A stretch of DNA of 64,000 nucleotides, taken from NCBI RefSeq assembly GCF_026210795.1, contig NC_089436.1, positions 1 to 64,000 of the forward strand. The letters run 5' to 3'. Positions 1 to 13,811 of the stretch are shown here, piece by piece. Origin of the DNA: Rhizophagus irregularis. Taxonomy: Eukaryota. Both the position numbers and the translations under genes were made by a program. Below the pieces are notes generated by a model. That model searched no databases and was not told the DNA's origin. It was given only the letters and a program-made list of their open reading frames with translations. Positions within the stretch are counted from its first letter, which is position 1, and each line of letters begins with the position of its first letter.

Positions 1-274
1 TAACCCTAACCCTTAACCCCAACTCCAACCTTAACCTCCAACTCTTGCAACTTAACCTTTAATCCCTAACCCTAACCCTAACCCTAACCCTAACCCTAAC
101 CCTAACCCTAACCCTAACCTTAACCCTAACCCTAACTCCTAACTAACCCTAACCCTAACCCTAACCCTAACCCTAACCCTAACCCTAACCCTAACCCTAA
201 CCCTACCCTAACCCTAACCCTAACCCTAACCCTAACCCTAACCCTAACCCTAACCCTAACCCTAACCCTAACCC
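1..274. repeat. Telomeric repeat (TAACCC)n / TTAGGG, left chromosome end
   Basis: Tandem TAACCC from base 1 to 274, with degenerate units in the first ~60 nt. Confidence 0.98.
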
Positions 275-1370
275 ATTTCCGACATGATTTCTCACATCCC
301 TTTCTCAATAAAAGGACCAATTTGGCACGCTTCCAAAACTTACTGTATGAAAATTATATCAGCCTGGTTTTTTAATAATTCCATTTTTTGTATTTTCGGA
401 CTTGTTTATATAAAGTATTTCCACAGAAGTTTTTTATTACTCATCTGATGTTGTTAGGAAAATCTTGGAATACGCATTTGAAAATGGTACCAAAAGATAA
501 TCATTACTGCTGGATACTATCTGCAACTTGGTACATATAATTTACAGCACTTCTTGCAAGCCACATATTTTATTAAATGAAGACAAATTCCAAATTTCTT
601 TAATGCCATATATGGAAGGTTAGGAAAAATTGGAAAACAAATTTTTGCGTTTATACCCGTAAGCTAACATAACGAAAAAAAATTTTAAGAGAGAATCTGT
701 AAACGTATCGAGCTAACTCCGGATATTTCTTGATATTTCAAAATCCATATAACGGAAACATCCACGTAAAAATTATCATTCAATTCTTCTGGATCTGCAC
801 CAGAATAATTTTCGCTTCTATTTCTATTTCTGGAAAGCATTCGAAATTCACTTCGACAAAGTTTTCACTTTCAAGATTCGATCATTTGAATATCTCTAAA
901 GATTGTCTTCAAACTCGCTCATTATCATTTTCAGGCGTATCGTCACTATCATCATCAGAAAAATAATTCGTTTTACTACTTCTGGATTGGAAAATTTGTG
1001 ATATTCTGTTTCTTCTTTGAAACTACGCACAGCGTTCTTTTTTACCAAAACGAATAACTTTCTTCTTGCGATTCTTCTTGCGATTCTTCTTGTTAAGCGT
1101 TCCTTGTAGATCTTCAACATAGTTTATATTTGCAAAACTTTCCTTAATTAGCTGCGTTATCAAATCAGTAAGGTAGATATCTCCTCGGCAGTCGAATAAT
1201 TCGTATAATTTTGCCTAGCACTTCTAGCGATTTTATAGCTTCTGGGATCTTAATTCTCCTTACAACCCTGGACAATAACTAATGGTGCAAATTTTCAGTT
1301 TCGAGAGGAGATGAAGTATAGGGAGCTTTTCTGAACTCCGTAAACACTTTTAGATTTATTATAAGACATT
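275..1370 (-). pseudogene. N-terminal part of a CMC/CACTA-type transposase, truncated by the telomere
   Basis: Minus-strand fragments in order: Cys pair near the start, acidic tract, WILKYQE...DSLLKFF, KYVACKKCCKLY, FQDFPN, GIIKKP, RKGCEKSCRKW. These resemble the region preceding the DIxDG motif of fungal CACTA-like transposases. Many frameshifts. Confidence 0.6.
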
Positions 1371-1894
1371 TTGTCAATTCTCAATGGCGACGAACGCTTT
1401 ACTGTAAAGATATATTTTTTATTTCACTTGATTGATTAAATTAAAAGTTTATTTTGTTTATTGTAATAATATTATAGTTTAATTAAAGTTTATTTAACTA
1501 AATACATATATGATCAACTTATAATATCCTATTTAATTAAACTCTTTCTTCTTTCGAACATCTCTTAAACAAATCCTTCTCACGCTATTCAACAACAATG
1601 GATAAATTCAAGTAAAAGATTTTTTTTTTTGTTTTATATTTAATTATTCTAAAGCTATTCTCGAATAAGTTCTTCTTATCCTGCATAGAAACTCTTTACA
1701 AGCAAGAAAGGGTAGGATCGAACCCTCACGCCTATTTTCATGAAGATATCTCACATTCTCATCGGAAAGATACTTTGCGTTAAGGAAATGACAAATACTT
1801 CGTTCGTAAAGATGACTCTGCTAAATAAATGAGCAGAGCTTCTGACCCTCAATTACTTTCTATCGCGAAGATACTGCATAAATGTAAATATAAG

Positions 1895-2450
1895 CTTTCG
1901 GACTCCATTATCTCATCGAAGATACTCTGTTAAATGGAAACAGTTGTCGACTCCATTATCTCGTCAAGATACTTGTTAAATGGAAACGAGAAGTCGGACC
2001 ATTATCTCATCGTGGGTAAGATACTTTTAAGAGTAATAGAATGACTATTATTCATCGCATAATTTGTTAAATGGAAAAAGAAGTCGGACTCATTATCTCG
2101 TCGCAAGATACTTTGTTATAATAGAAACAGAAGTCGACTCCATTATCTCCTGTCAAAGATACTTTGTTAAATAGAAATAGCCGGACTCCATTATCTCGGC
2201 ATTCTGGGTAAGATATTTTGTTAAATAAATAGAAGCCTGACTCCATTCTCCCTCGTGGTGCGCATCTTTTAGTACTCTCATCAAAAAGATATTTGTCATT
2301 GCGCAAGCAGAGAAATCAAAGTTTATACTCTTACCAAAAGCACGGTTCGACAGGTAAAAACGAGCCCAACTTCACACTCTCGTCGAGAAGATTTTTCCGT
2401 TAAATATAAATAGAAGTCGCTCCCCATACTCTCCATACTCATCACGCAAG
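1895..2450. repeat. Degenerate subtelomeric tandem repeat, ~45-50 bp unit
   Basis: Recurrent GACTCCATTATCTC...AAGATACTTTGTTAAAT(G/A)GAAA, about 8-10 diverged copies. Confidence 0.8.
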
Positions 2451-2885
2451 ATTCCTCATTAAATATAAGGCTTTGAAAGTAAAGTACAAAGTTAAGCGAA
2501 CAGAGAAGGATCGAAGCGTAAGAAAATAACAGATAAAAAAGAATAGTATCCCGATTACTAATAATTTTATATTAGAAATTACAGAATTACGCTCGGCTTT
2601 CATTATATTTAATAAGAGAGCATAGTAGAAGAAATTGCTAGCGACAAAGAGTTTCTTCATCAGATTGATAATCATCAAACAAGGATACAATATTCTTCGT
2701 CTCCCGATCCATCATCAGCTAGGCACACTAAAGTCCAAAATAATTTGGAATCTATGAATCATAAATACAAGAAGGCTTTCCGAGCTTAGTAATTGCTTAT
2801 ATTATATCTTTCTCGTTTTTCTTTTTCTCATTTTAGTTAGTGTAGAGCTTATATAGATTGCCGATTTATTAATTTATTATGTAAG

Positions 2886-3930
2886 ATGAGGTTGCTCAAA
2901 TATCGAAGCGCTTGTATAATTCTTTTATTCATCGACTATACAAGATATCGGCTTCGATATAGAAAAGAACGTATCTCAAAATACTTTACCGGCTATAAAA
3001 AAAGCATTGGGAGACGTTTTAGAATAAGGATACCGAATTACCGACCAAAGAAAGTTTTACAAAATCTTCATCGACATCGAAGAGATGCATATACTGTTTC
3101 GTTAGATCCTCTAAAATCAAAAGCAAACAAGCAAAGCAACTGTGAATTAACAGTAGGTGAAAGATGTAAAGTATCCGTTTAACATTTTTTGCTGCTTATC
3201 AATTTATGTAACTTTATCCCGAAGATTTTGAAAATATCTTTGCGTAAGATAAGATATAATTGATGTTTTACATTTACTTGAGAAATTCAATGGACGATTA
3301 GATATGAATTTTATTTATTAATTTATACAAATTTATAAATTACATTCGCAATAATAATACTAATATTTTATTTATTTATTTTATTTTATTTATATTAAAA
3401 AAAGAAGGAGGAAAGGCGTCAAAGGATTGCAGTGATATGCAGGATAATACGGATCAATTAAGTTTATAGATCTACCACAACCTCCAAGGAATGGGACGAT
3501 TGGATCAATAACTCCGAACGGCGTTATTGGTAATCCAAACTACCATTCGGATGAAGTGTCCAATCGATTAAGAAAAAGGCCAGTATTACCATTCCAGCTA
3601 AAGCATTAAAGCACTTTCTTTTACTAATTTTTTTTCTTTATCTTTTTCATATAAGATAAGATGAGAAAGATAATAAGATTCTGTCCATCCCGAAAAGAAA
3701 GTTCAAATCACGTTCTCCACGTATAGCGATAAGTGGGGTTGCGATCCCAAGGGGTAATTAAATATGCGAAAGCATGCATGAAGGCATAATATTATTTTAA
3801 TCTAATATATAATATTAAATTTTTATTAGGTTACTCTCCTTCTCCCCGAGACGTGCTGATTTAAGTAGGAGAAACCATTCGTAACATAAAGATGACGAGA
3901 AAAAAGACGGTACAACGACCAAACGTATGT
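2886..3930 (+). pseudogene. Degenerate multi-exon gene, possibly the accessory ORF of the adjacent CACTA-like element
   Basis: Coding-like fragments (LQNLHRHRRDAY...; NPNYHSDEVS...) separated by AT-rich intron-like blocks, divergent from the transposase. Product uncertain. Confidence 0.3.
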
Positions 3931-5656
3931 ATGTAAAATAATCCAGTCTCACCCTCTCTTCAACGCTCCGAAATGGACTATTTCAACTTCTTACCACACT
4001 GAATAATATCATTTTATTCAATTTAATTTTATTGATTTATTTTATTTTACGCCGATTAATATAACACATATTTTTTCTAATAAATTACATTCTATTATTT
4101 GTAACAAAAAATTAGTACGAAACAATTAATAATATATTATTTATTATCGTGCATAATAATTATTTTTAATCAATATATATAATGAATAAATAACAAAAAT
4201 CAAATAAATATCTTAGTAGCTTCGTATAAATATTGGGTAAGCACCCGATTTATCAAAGTATTCGCAAACATATCAGTACTTCTACCGGGAAACCTGATAT
4301 TTCTTGTATACCTATTTCACGCCATAACCCGAAAGTTACATAATTAAACCCGATTTGCGCTAAGTACTCGGTCACAAATCAGGTGAGGATCGGGTCCATT
4401 CGAGCCAACATTTATTTTAATAGGGCTATTACAGGATACGTGAAATATACCTTCGATACCCTTCATTCGACCAGCGAGTGATATATATCGAAAATATGAA
4501 TGAATAAAAAATGTAGCAACTTTCCTGCTCAAAAAAGTAGGTGATAAACATCGAATGAACAAAAAAAAAGGGCGAGGTTATTCATGATATAATTTTGAAT
4601 TTTAGCTATTGTAATTATGATTGTAGTATTTAATTGGAAAATATACATGATCTCAATATCATTGTGTATTGTGGTAAAATGCAGGATCAGTTAAAAATAT
4701 CAGGAGATGGGAAAACTAAAATTATGATTTCAAGATCGAAAATTAAATTTAATTTATATAAATAATTTGTATTTCATTTAATAATAAAAGTGAATACTGA
4801 CACTTTTTTTATATAGAAGATTACTTCAAATCAGTTCCAAATCTTTTATTTTATTGCGTATTTACGATTCAATTTCATAAATTTTATTATACTTTTTTAG
4901 GCCATATAAGGAGTGAAGAAAAATATTAGAAGAAAGGAGTGAGAAGAAATTAATCATGTGAAGTATCATTTTATGTGATACAATGATATGCACCAAACTC
5001 AAAAAGTATAGCCATTATTAGCTACTATTATCGTTCGGCATTAAATTACGTAATGTTAAAGATATTATTGCATCCAAATAACCCAATCAAACCTTTTTAC
5101 TCATATGTGATTGATTACTAAATTTGTGAAAAGACAATGCAACTCCTTAACATATGATTTTTTGGTATATTATTGTACAATTTGAAGAAAGATAAAGACT
5201 CGAGCAGTCTATAGAATATTATGTAAAGCTACAAAATTCAAAAATATTTAGAGTTGGTAACGAATTTACATTTCAATAAAGTACTCATTAAATAGAAATT
5301 TATAAACTTAACTGCTAAAGGAAGAGAATTTTTAAACGATAAATGATGAAACATAGTACAGTTTGATGGTCGAGAATACTCTCAAAATAATTTTCATGAT
5401 AATTGTGAGGTTATAATTAAAATATTCCAATTGAAATAATACAGTGACGATCTGCTTATTTGCTTATTTAATGATTTAGCATATTTTATTATTTTAGTTG
5501 TAGTAAAGTAAATAGTATATAAAATTTTTTCCAAATAATGAAAGATACATCGTTCGGAAAATAAAAAAATTGAATGTTGTACAGCAATATAATATTAAGC
5601 AAAAAATTGAATGTTGTACAGCAATATAATATTAAGCAAAATTAATGTTACAGACA

Positions 5657-6415
5657 TCAATATAACAAAATAGTAATATGATTTGAAAGATTTACAATTT
5701 CATATGAAGGAAAAGGGAGCGTAAACGAGGCGAAATTATTCAATTTCAATGATTTACATAATATGAAGGTGAGCCTCGTAAACGGTAAGTGTGTAGGTGT
5801 GATGAGCTTGACGGGAGAGGCGTAGGTGATGATAACGAAGTGTGAACGGAGAGGTGATATAGGTGGAAGCATATTGGTCGAATCGTAGTGGGTGAGGATG
5901 ACGGGAGTTTTTTGTTTGGCTTGTTGTGTTGTCGATTTCGTGAGCAATATCATAAATTGTTTCTAAATAAATAATCAGATTAATTTATGAATTAAATAAA
6001 AAAAAATAAAATATTTACGTGTTTTCCAATATTTACGTCATTTTTCCCAAAAACGTTCACTGAATTCCTCGTAGTACTTCGTTCCTAGAGCACTTTTCCT
6101 TCCCTTTGGGCTTACCCTCGATATATAATTGCATTTTCTAATAAAATATAAAATTATATTAGTACTATTTAATAATGCTAAAAATAGTAGTTGAACCTGA
6201 AATAATGTTTATATACTTTATGCTCGCACTAAGCCGTTAAATTTTTCTTTTTACATTGCTCCCAGTATACTGCGTGTTCGAACAAGGTTTATTTTGCTTG
6301 CTAGCCCTTTCCAAAAATTATGCTTCATATTACCACTAAGCTTCGTGTAAAAATTATCGTTTTCATTTTTTCTTTCATTAATTAAAACTCGCAATTGTCT
6401 ATCAGTCCACACGTT
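5657..6415 (-). pseudogene. Myb/SANT-like (trihelix) DNA-binding protein with Ser/Arg/Pro-rich tail
   Basis: Manual translation WTDRQLRVLINERKNENDNFY...HNFWKGLASKIN...KFNGL, then exon MQLYIEGKPKGRKSALGTKYYEEFSERFWEK. The Trp spacing is typical of Myb/SANT-like domains. Frameshifted. Confidence 0.6.
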
Positions 6416-6855
6416 ATTAAAGAATTAATGAAATATTAATGAAAACGAAAGAGAAAGAATTTTGTAAAAGGAGTGGGAAATAAAAATCCAAAAAAAAAAA
6501 TCTGCGTAAAAAAAAATCTGTAAAAAAAAAATCTGCGTAAAAAAAAAATCCGCGTAAAAAAAAAATCTCGCGTAAAAAAAAATCCATGTAAAAAAAAAAA
6601 TCTGTGTAAAAAAAAATCTGTGTAAAAAATAAAATCAAATTATTACGCCTACAATCTATGAACACAAGAATTAATGAAATATTAATGAAGACGAAAAGAA
6701 TTAATGAAACGAAGAATTATATTAACGAAAACGAAAGAATTAGACGAAACTAAAGAATTTTGTAAAAAGGAATGCGAAAATAAAAAAATCCGTGTAAAAA
6801 AAAATCCTTGTAAAAAAATAAAATCAAATTATTACGCCTACAATCTATGTAAACA
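6415..6855. repeat. Local duplication with internal A-run/TCTGCGT microsatellite
   Basis: AAGAATTAATGAAATATTAATGAA...AATCAAATTATTACGCCTACAATCTATG occurs twice; AAAAAAAATC(T/C)G(C/T)GT repeats about 8 times. Confidence 0.8.
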
Positions 6856-7841
6856 CAATAAGAAATTGCAAGATGTAATAATATTAAACAAATTTGTTAA
6901 ACAAATTGATAAGCCATGGTATGCCGCGGGAAGCCATGCATACAGTTTGGCATTGCCTTTACAGAATTAAAACATTTACCGTAGCCATGGTCAATTTGAG
7001 GACTTACTACGGAATAATAAAGATGTTTTTATGCTAATGCAATTATCCTCTCTATGGTGCGATTTAGAGGTTCAATCGGGGAAGTTTTACCACAACATTT
7101 ATTTTATTTTGACAATGGCTTAAAATTAACGAAAATTAATTAACGAAAATTGATTTAATTGGTCTGCTAATAACAATCATTGCTTTAAGCGAACGAATTC
7201 CCGCTTCGTTAGTTTTTGATGTTTCAAAAATATAATCGTAAATTAAATCATACTTTATCTATTATTTTATTAAATCGTAAACTTTAATACTCTACTACTA
7301 AATTAACTAAATTATTGTTTTACGAGCATTTTCTATTTTATTAAGTATAATTTTCAACCACTATTTTTTATAATCCTGCATATGAATTTACAGGTCAAAA
7401 ACTTCGCAATTCAATTAGTTTAATTTTCGAGTTTTTTGACGCATTCGCGTATTTAAGCAAGTATGAAATAAATTTTTTTTATACTAATTGAATTTTAACG
7501 TATTGATTAACGATAAAAAAAAGCATGTACTACTTGATTTCGTATACGATTGCGTTCCAAAACTCGACGATTGCGTTACTTTTAAAACTCCAATGTGCTA
7601 CTTGATTTTGTATACGATTGCGGTTTCCAAAACTTGATTTAATGTTACTTTCAAAACTCCAATCAGAAACTATAGCAAATCGGTAATAATTTTAACCAAA
7701 TTGACCTTGAGTTTTTTGGTTTTTTTGTCGATACGCTAATAATATAAAAGGTATTAAGGTATTTAATAAATAATTTTTATAAAGATTTATTGAATTTTAT
7801 AAAAATTCTAAATTAAGTTAAGGATTTAAATTGTCATAAAG

Positions 7842-10800
7842 ATGAGAAGACGATATAGTCACAATAAACCAATAGAGCCAATTCGAATTCGAAATCGGTT
7901 TTCTTATAGCAAACCTAATGAGACAACAGATTCTGACGAGAGAGTTGCAATTCGTTCGCCTGTACGTTCACCTGATAATGATAACGATGACATGGACTTT
8001 CAGTATGATCATAAAGATAATTTAAGTTTTCAAGACATTAATGATGACGATAATGCATATGGATCAATTAATCCTCAAGACTACAATGATGAGATGATAT
8101 TTTCGCAAGATAATGTCAATTCATCTGATACTGAAGAGGAAGAAGAAAGTGATAACGAATACAATTATGAAGAGGAGGAAGAGGAGGAAGATAATAATGA
8201 AAACAATGACGAAGTGGATGGCGGGCGGTAACAAATCGGACGATAATAATAATCAAGCTGGAAGAGGAACGTAATAACGAATGAACGTATAATCCGTAAT
8301 TAACGATGAAGAGGAACGTAATAATGATGAAGAGGAACGTAATAATGAAGAGGAAGAAATAGATCAAATCGTTGAAGCCGTTAGATGAAGACAAGATACC
8401 GTTCTGCAATGGCGAGGCACCGTACTTTAATAATTATACAACTACGGCATTATTTTGCTGGCTTCAGAAGCATAATGTTTTCTACGAAAGCATATGAAGA
8501 TCTTGTCGATATCATTCACAATTCTCAATTTGAACCTACCTACGTGGTAAAAAATATCTGAAGATTCCAATCATGGCGAAAACGTCTTCCTCTCCTACCA
8601 ATAATAACAAAGTCTATTAAAATTTCACCAAAAAAAACTCCATCAACCTCACGGTGATCAAAACTTTCGTATCAACTCTCAATCAGTGAAATTATATGGC
8701 GTGTTCTTAATAATCCGATGCTAATGAAGCATATGTATTTTGGACCCGGCATTAATTCTGAAGAAAAATCAGAATTTTGGCATGGAAATTTATGGGGAAA
8801 TCCCCACTTTTTGGACAACACGAAATATTAATATCAGAAGGTTATAAAATAATACACTTTGATACAATTATAATTTATTATCATGATAATATTTATTAAA
8901 GTTATTTTTAATAAATAGTAGTATTGTACCGATCTGGTGATTTTGTTTACTATCAGTTTGATGATAATGGTCAAAACTTGGAAGATTAAGATCAATTTTA
9001 AAAAATGATGATGGATATTATCAGTTACGAATTCAAAAAATTTTGGAATATAGAGATTTACCCGGAAATTTAAAAGGGTTACCAAGACAACGTCATTCTA
9101 TTACCGGTGAAGTATGGTTACAAGACCAACCATTTTTAATTATAATGACCTTCTCAAATTTTAGAAAAAGTAACTATATTGATGATGTTTCAACATCAAA
9201 ATATTCCTGATGGTTCATTGCGGATTAGTGAAATAATTTATAAATGTAATGACCGTTGGCACGTTCGTAATGTAAAGCTTTCATACCTACATCCATCTGA
9301 TTACATTTCTATCAGAAATCCACCATCATCATCTATGCCAATCTATGTGTTCGTTTTTAGATCTTTATTATGATGATTTTGGTACATTTAGAAATGTATA
9401 CCATTCTCTAGGTGGTGTTTATGTACAGTTTGGAAATATGCCAGCACATCAAAGAAAGCTAATAAAGAACCATTTTGTTATTGGGTTTATCCCATTTGGA
9501 GGAAAATTTGACGAATTTATGATACCATTCATTTCAGAAATGAAGGAATTAGAGAAAGGAAAGGTGATGACTGTCCAAGGACAAGATGCATGGATAATTG
9601 CTGGTTTAGGCGTTGTTACGGCAGATTTACCTCAAGGTAACGATTTGACAGGAGTATTAAGATATTTTTTCAATTTAGTTAATAATATAATAATATAATT
9701 TTATGACAACTATTAAAATTGTTTAAAAAATAAATTTAGACATAATGCAAATAAGGGTTGTCGTACTTGTAAAACTACTAAAGAATCATTGAGTGCTCAC
9801 AATCAGGATATCGTAACAACATTACGTTATCATCATATTACAGACGAAGAAATCTTAAAAATTTCTGCGAGACTATAATGTCAAGAAGAGATCAACTTTG
9901 TACGGAATATGGTTTACGATCATTACCTAAGTATTTTAGATAAATTAAAAAGGGAAAGACATTTACAGACGCCGCAGGATGTTTATCATGCGACTGCAGG
10001 AAAGATTGGGCGGCTACTAAAATTAACTTGTGAATTATTTTCACGAGAAGGAGAAGATAATTTTATCGAAATTTGGAAAAATTTTGAAATCCCAAAAAGA
10101 TGGTCTCGCTTACCAAATCCGATTACTCACTACAATAGTTTTATGATGTCGAATTTACTTAGATTAGCTATGATTATGCCATTTTTGTTAAACCAGTTTT
10201 TAAAAGAATCAAGTATCAAACGTAATGAAACAGCCATGATTCAACAAAGAATTGATGCATTTCGAGTTAGTTCAGTTCCAAAAATTTATTATATCTTGTT
10301 GGATACATGTTGCAAAAACTATGAAAGCGGTTTTTAACAAGAAATTTACATCAGATAGCTATGAGGAATTGCAACAATGTCTTGAAGAAGAGTTTTCAAT
10401 CCTTCCAAAGGTATAGTTACAAATTTGATATTGAAATATGGAATAATTTCAAATAATTAACAATATTTTACTTTTTATAGGTTTTTGTAAATTTTGTTAA
10501 TTTACCAAATATACACGTTAATATGCATCTTTTGATGCACGCTAAAACCTTTCGGAACACTTATTAATACCTAAGTTGGTATAAAAGAAATGGTCCATCG
10601 TATTTTTAAGGGGATGGTACCAAAGACTAATTGCAAAAACATAGATTTGGATTTATTAAAGCGTTACAATACTTTATTTGCAATTCGACATTTAGCAGAT
10701 GGTGGTATTGATCCAAGATTTAATAGATCTTGTACTGGATTTACAAATTCAAATTTTGGACAATTATTTTTAAATTGGTATTAAGCATGTAAGATAAATA

Positions 10801-11481
10801 TTCAACTGAAGCTGAACAAGCTTCAAGACGATTTACATGATACAAAAAGTAAGTATTTTATTGCATATAATAGTACATGTTTGATATTTATATTTACTAA
10901 TCTTTTAATTTAGTTATATCTCCAGTAAACTTTATTTCCAATATTTCATTAAAAAAAAGAATGCCAAAGCAAGAACGTGATAAACTTCTTTTAACTTTAC
11001 ATAATTTTAAAACTGAATTGTTTTTATCTTATGTGGATATGAAGTTTGAGGCGGCACTTATAAACTCTTCAATTAGTTGGTACAAATTTGCATCATATAT
11101 GATTGAAGAAGAAAATGGTATCCTTTCAAAAGTTCACCTACATCTCGATGATTTTATCACAATTTATGAAGAAGATCATGAAGAATCTTATGCAATAATC
11201 AAAGGTATCTTTCAACATGCGGTAACAATAACAAATATTATGCATTTATTGTTGTAGATTGGTTTATTACTATGGTTGAACATTCAGTATTAAAATGCTC
11301 ACTTTACCGCTCCAAGCAAACAGGAGATAAATGGAGACGTATTTTTCCAATTACTGTAATAGATAATGTTCAAAAAGTACATTTTATTCATAATTGTAAT
11401 TCAGAAAGGTGCCAACTACCAAATCATGATACTACAAATAGAATTTGGATAAAAAATAATTTTTATTTTACAGCCATATAA
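7842..11481 (+). pseudogene. CMC/Plavaka-related DDE transposase, multi-exon, frameshifted
   Basis: Acidic N-terminus; SEFWHG; DLYYDDFGTFRNVYHSLGGVY..GNMP; VTADLPQGNDL followed by GCRTC; QTPQDVYH; LPNIHVNMHL...KEMVHRIFK; BAH-like C-terminus ending VHFIHNC...WIKNNFYF. GT-AG introns, e.g. about 10411-10480. Confidence 0.7.
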
Positions 11482-12649
11482 TTATATTAATTATATAAAT
11501 ATAATAAAATAATTATTTTAATTTGTATCGTATAAAATTTTAACCAATAAAATCATATGCATGATGTAATAATAAATTAAAATTAACCAATTAAAATCAC
11601 TTTAATTACATGCATGTGATATCATGCATGTGATATCTAAAAATAGCTAAAATTCGCGTTTATTAATGAGATTTTTTTTTGTTTTTTTTCAAAAATACGC
11701 TTTTCTCTTGTCTTTTATATTAATACTTTACGGTATTTTAGTTCGTCTCTTCTTTTTTCTTTTTAAAGTATACTTTAATTATCTTTTTACAATATTAACA
11801 ATACTTTGGGACACTTTAGTTTATATATTCAACATAGTAAGACACCCACATACGAAAAGCAAGAATAAAAGCAAGAATAAAGAAAAGAAAATGTACCCGC
11901 CACTCACATACGAAAGAAAAGAATAAAAGAAAGGAAAAATGTACCCACCTACCCACATACAAAAGAGAAAAAAGCCGTTTTTTAAATAAATAGTGGAGCT
12001 GTTAAGCAAGGTATGAAAATAGGATATACGCATATTTTTCATATTTTTTTTACAATATGTTGTGGTTTGAGTATTTTTTTGTTAGACTGTGGTATAAATG
12101 TGAATATATTTTTCAACGGCCATGTATCTATTGCTTGTTAAATATATTTGCAATTTCTTTGTTAGACTGTGGTATTACAATATGAAGTGCGAATATATTT
12201 TTCAACGGCCATGTATCTATTGCTTGTTAAATATATTTGCAATTTCTTTTGTAATATTTGCTTTAGCCTGGAAGAAAATGTTGTAAAATAGGGCTGGATA
12301 TTTATGGCATTTTCCGCCTTCCAATTACTTTGTCCGGGGGTAGCCTGACAATTTGTCGTTGTCCATCAGTCGTAGCAACCAGCATTTTTTTACAATATTA
12401 TGATTTTAAGAAACAAAACACTTTCAAAAAAATTTAAAGAAAGAACTAACTTAAAAATATTATCATTTTTATTATTCTTTACAAAATCCCGGAATTACCT
12501 GCTCTAACTATTATCCCAAGGTTATGTATTAAATTTTAAATATATTTTACAAAGAGTACATTTTATTAATCATGATTGTTTTTTTTATTTTTTATATATA
12601 TATATATATATATTTTAAAATTGAAAATAACGTATCCATCCACTCACAT

Positions 12650-12790
12650 ACGAGAAGAAAAGAATAAAAAAGAGAAGAAAAGAATAAAAAAGAAAAGAAA
12701 AGAATAAAAAAGAGAAGAAAAGAATAAAAAAGAGAAGAAAAGAATAAAAAAGAGAAGAAAAGAATAAAAAAAAAAGGAAGAAAAGAAACG
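12650..12790. repeat. 20-bp GA-rich minisatellite
   Basis: AGAATAAAAAAGAGAAGAAA repeated about 6 times. Confidence 0.9.
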
Positions 12791-12869
12791 TACTCCACTC
12801 ACCCATAATAATCCACTAATAAAAAATTATTATTATTAATGTATAATAAATAATAAACATATATTACAA

Positions 12870-13702
12870 TAAAAATATTTTTGTGATGTTAATTCGGTGT
12901 TAATATAATATCATTACGATGTAGTTACGATATTAAATAAATGTAAAACATTTTTTGTAATATTAATTCGATATTAATATGATATTATTATGATGTAGTT
13001 ACGATATCAAATAAAATTGTAATATTAATTCAATGTTAATACGACATCACTACGATGTGGCTACGATATCAAATAGATGTAAAATATTTTTAATATTTTT
13101 GCAATATTAATTCGATGTTAATATGATATCACTACGACATCACTACGATGTGGTTACGATATCAAATAGATAAAATATTTTTGAATATTAATTCGATGTT
13201 AATATGATATCAATACGATGTGATTACGATATCAAATAAAATGTCAAATATTTTGTAATATTAATTCAATGTTAATATGACATCACTACGATGTGGTTAC
13301 GATATCAAATAGATGTAAAATATTTTTGCAATATTAATTCAATGTTAATATGATATCACTACGATGTGGTTACGATATCAAATAAAATGTCAAATATTTT
13401 GTAATATTAATTCAATGTTAATACGACATGGTTACGATATCAAATAAATGTCAAATATTTTTGTAATATTAATTCAATGTTAATACGACATCACTACGAT
13501 GTGATTACGTGATAATATTTACATCGCATAATGATCGCTGCGATATCGCAGAGATATCGAACTAATCAATGTCGAATAAATATAGTTACGACTAACTTAA
13601 CGACGTCGAATCTATTTTTTATCAAAATATCGTAATGATATCGTAATGATATCATTGCAATATCTAATCAATATCGATTGTAAACTCCAAGTTTCAGCAA
13701 AG
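12870..13702. repeat. ~70-bp tandem array, probable subterminal region of a DNA transposon end
   Basis: About 9 copies of AATATTAATTCAATGTTAATATGATATCACTACGATGTGGTTACGATATCAAATA, grading into GATATC-rich sequence that ends abruptly at ...TTTCAGCAAAG|TA. Confidence 0.8.
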
Positions 13703-13811
13703 TATATAAAATAATAAAAATATAACAAATAAAGATTAATCTATAATTAATTCATTAATTGTATTTAATAAAAGCAAATAAGTACAATTTATTATATAAA
13801 TTTTAACTACC

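Noticed and set aside
132..320. 62-aa ORF with VRVRVR/GLGLGL
   Set aside because: Translation of telomeric repeats; only the first ~15 codons belong to the broken transposase.
4600..5440. Possible degenerate plus-strand gene
   Set aside because: Coding-like patches with many stops and no recognisable motif; not supportable.
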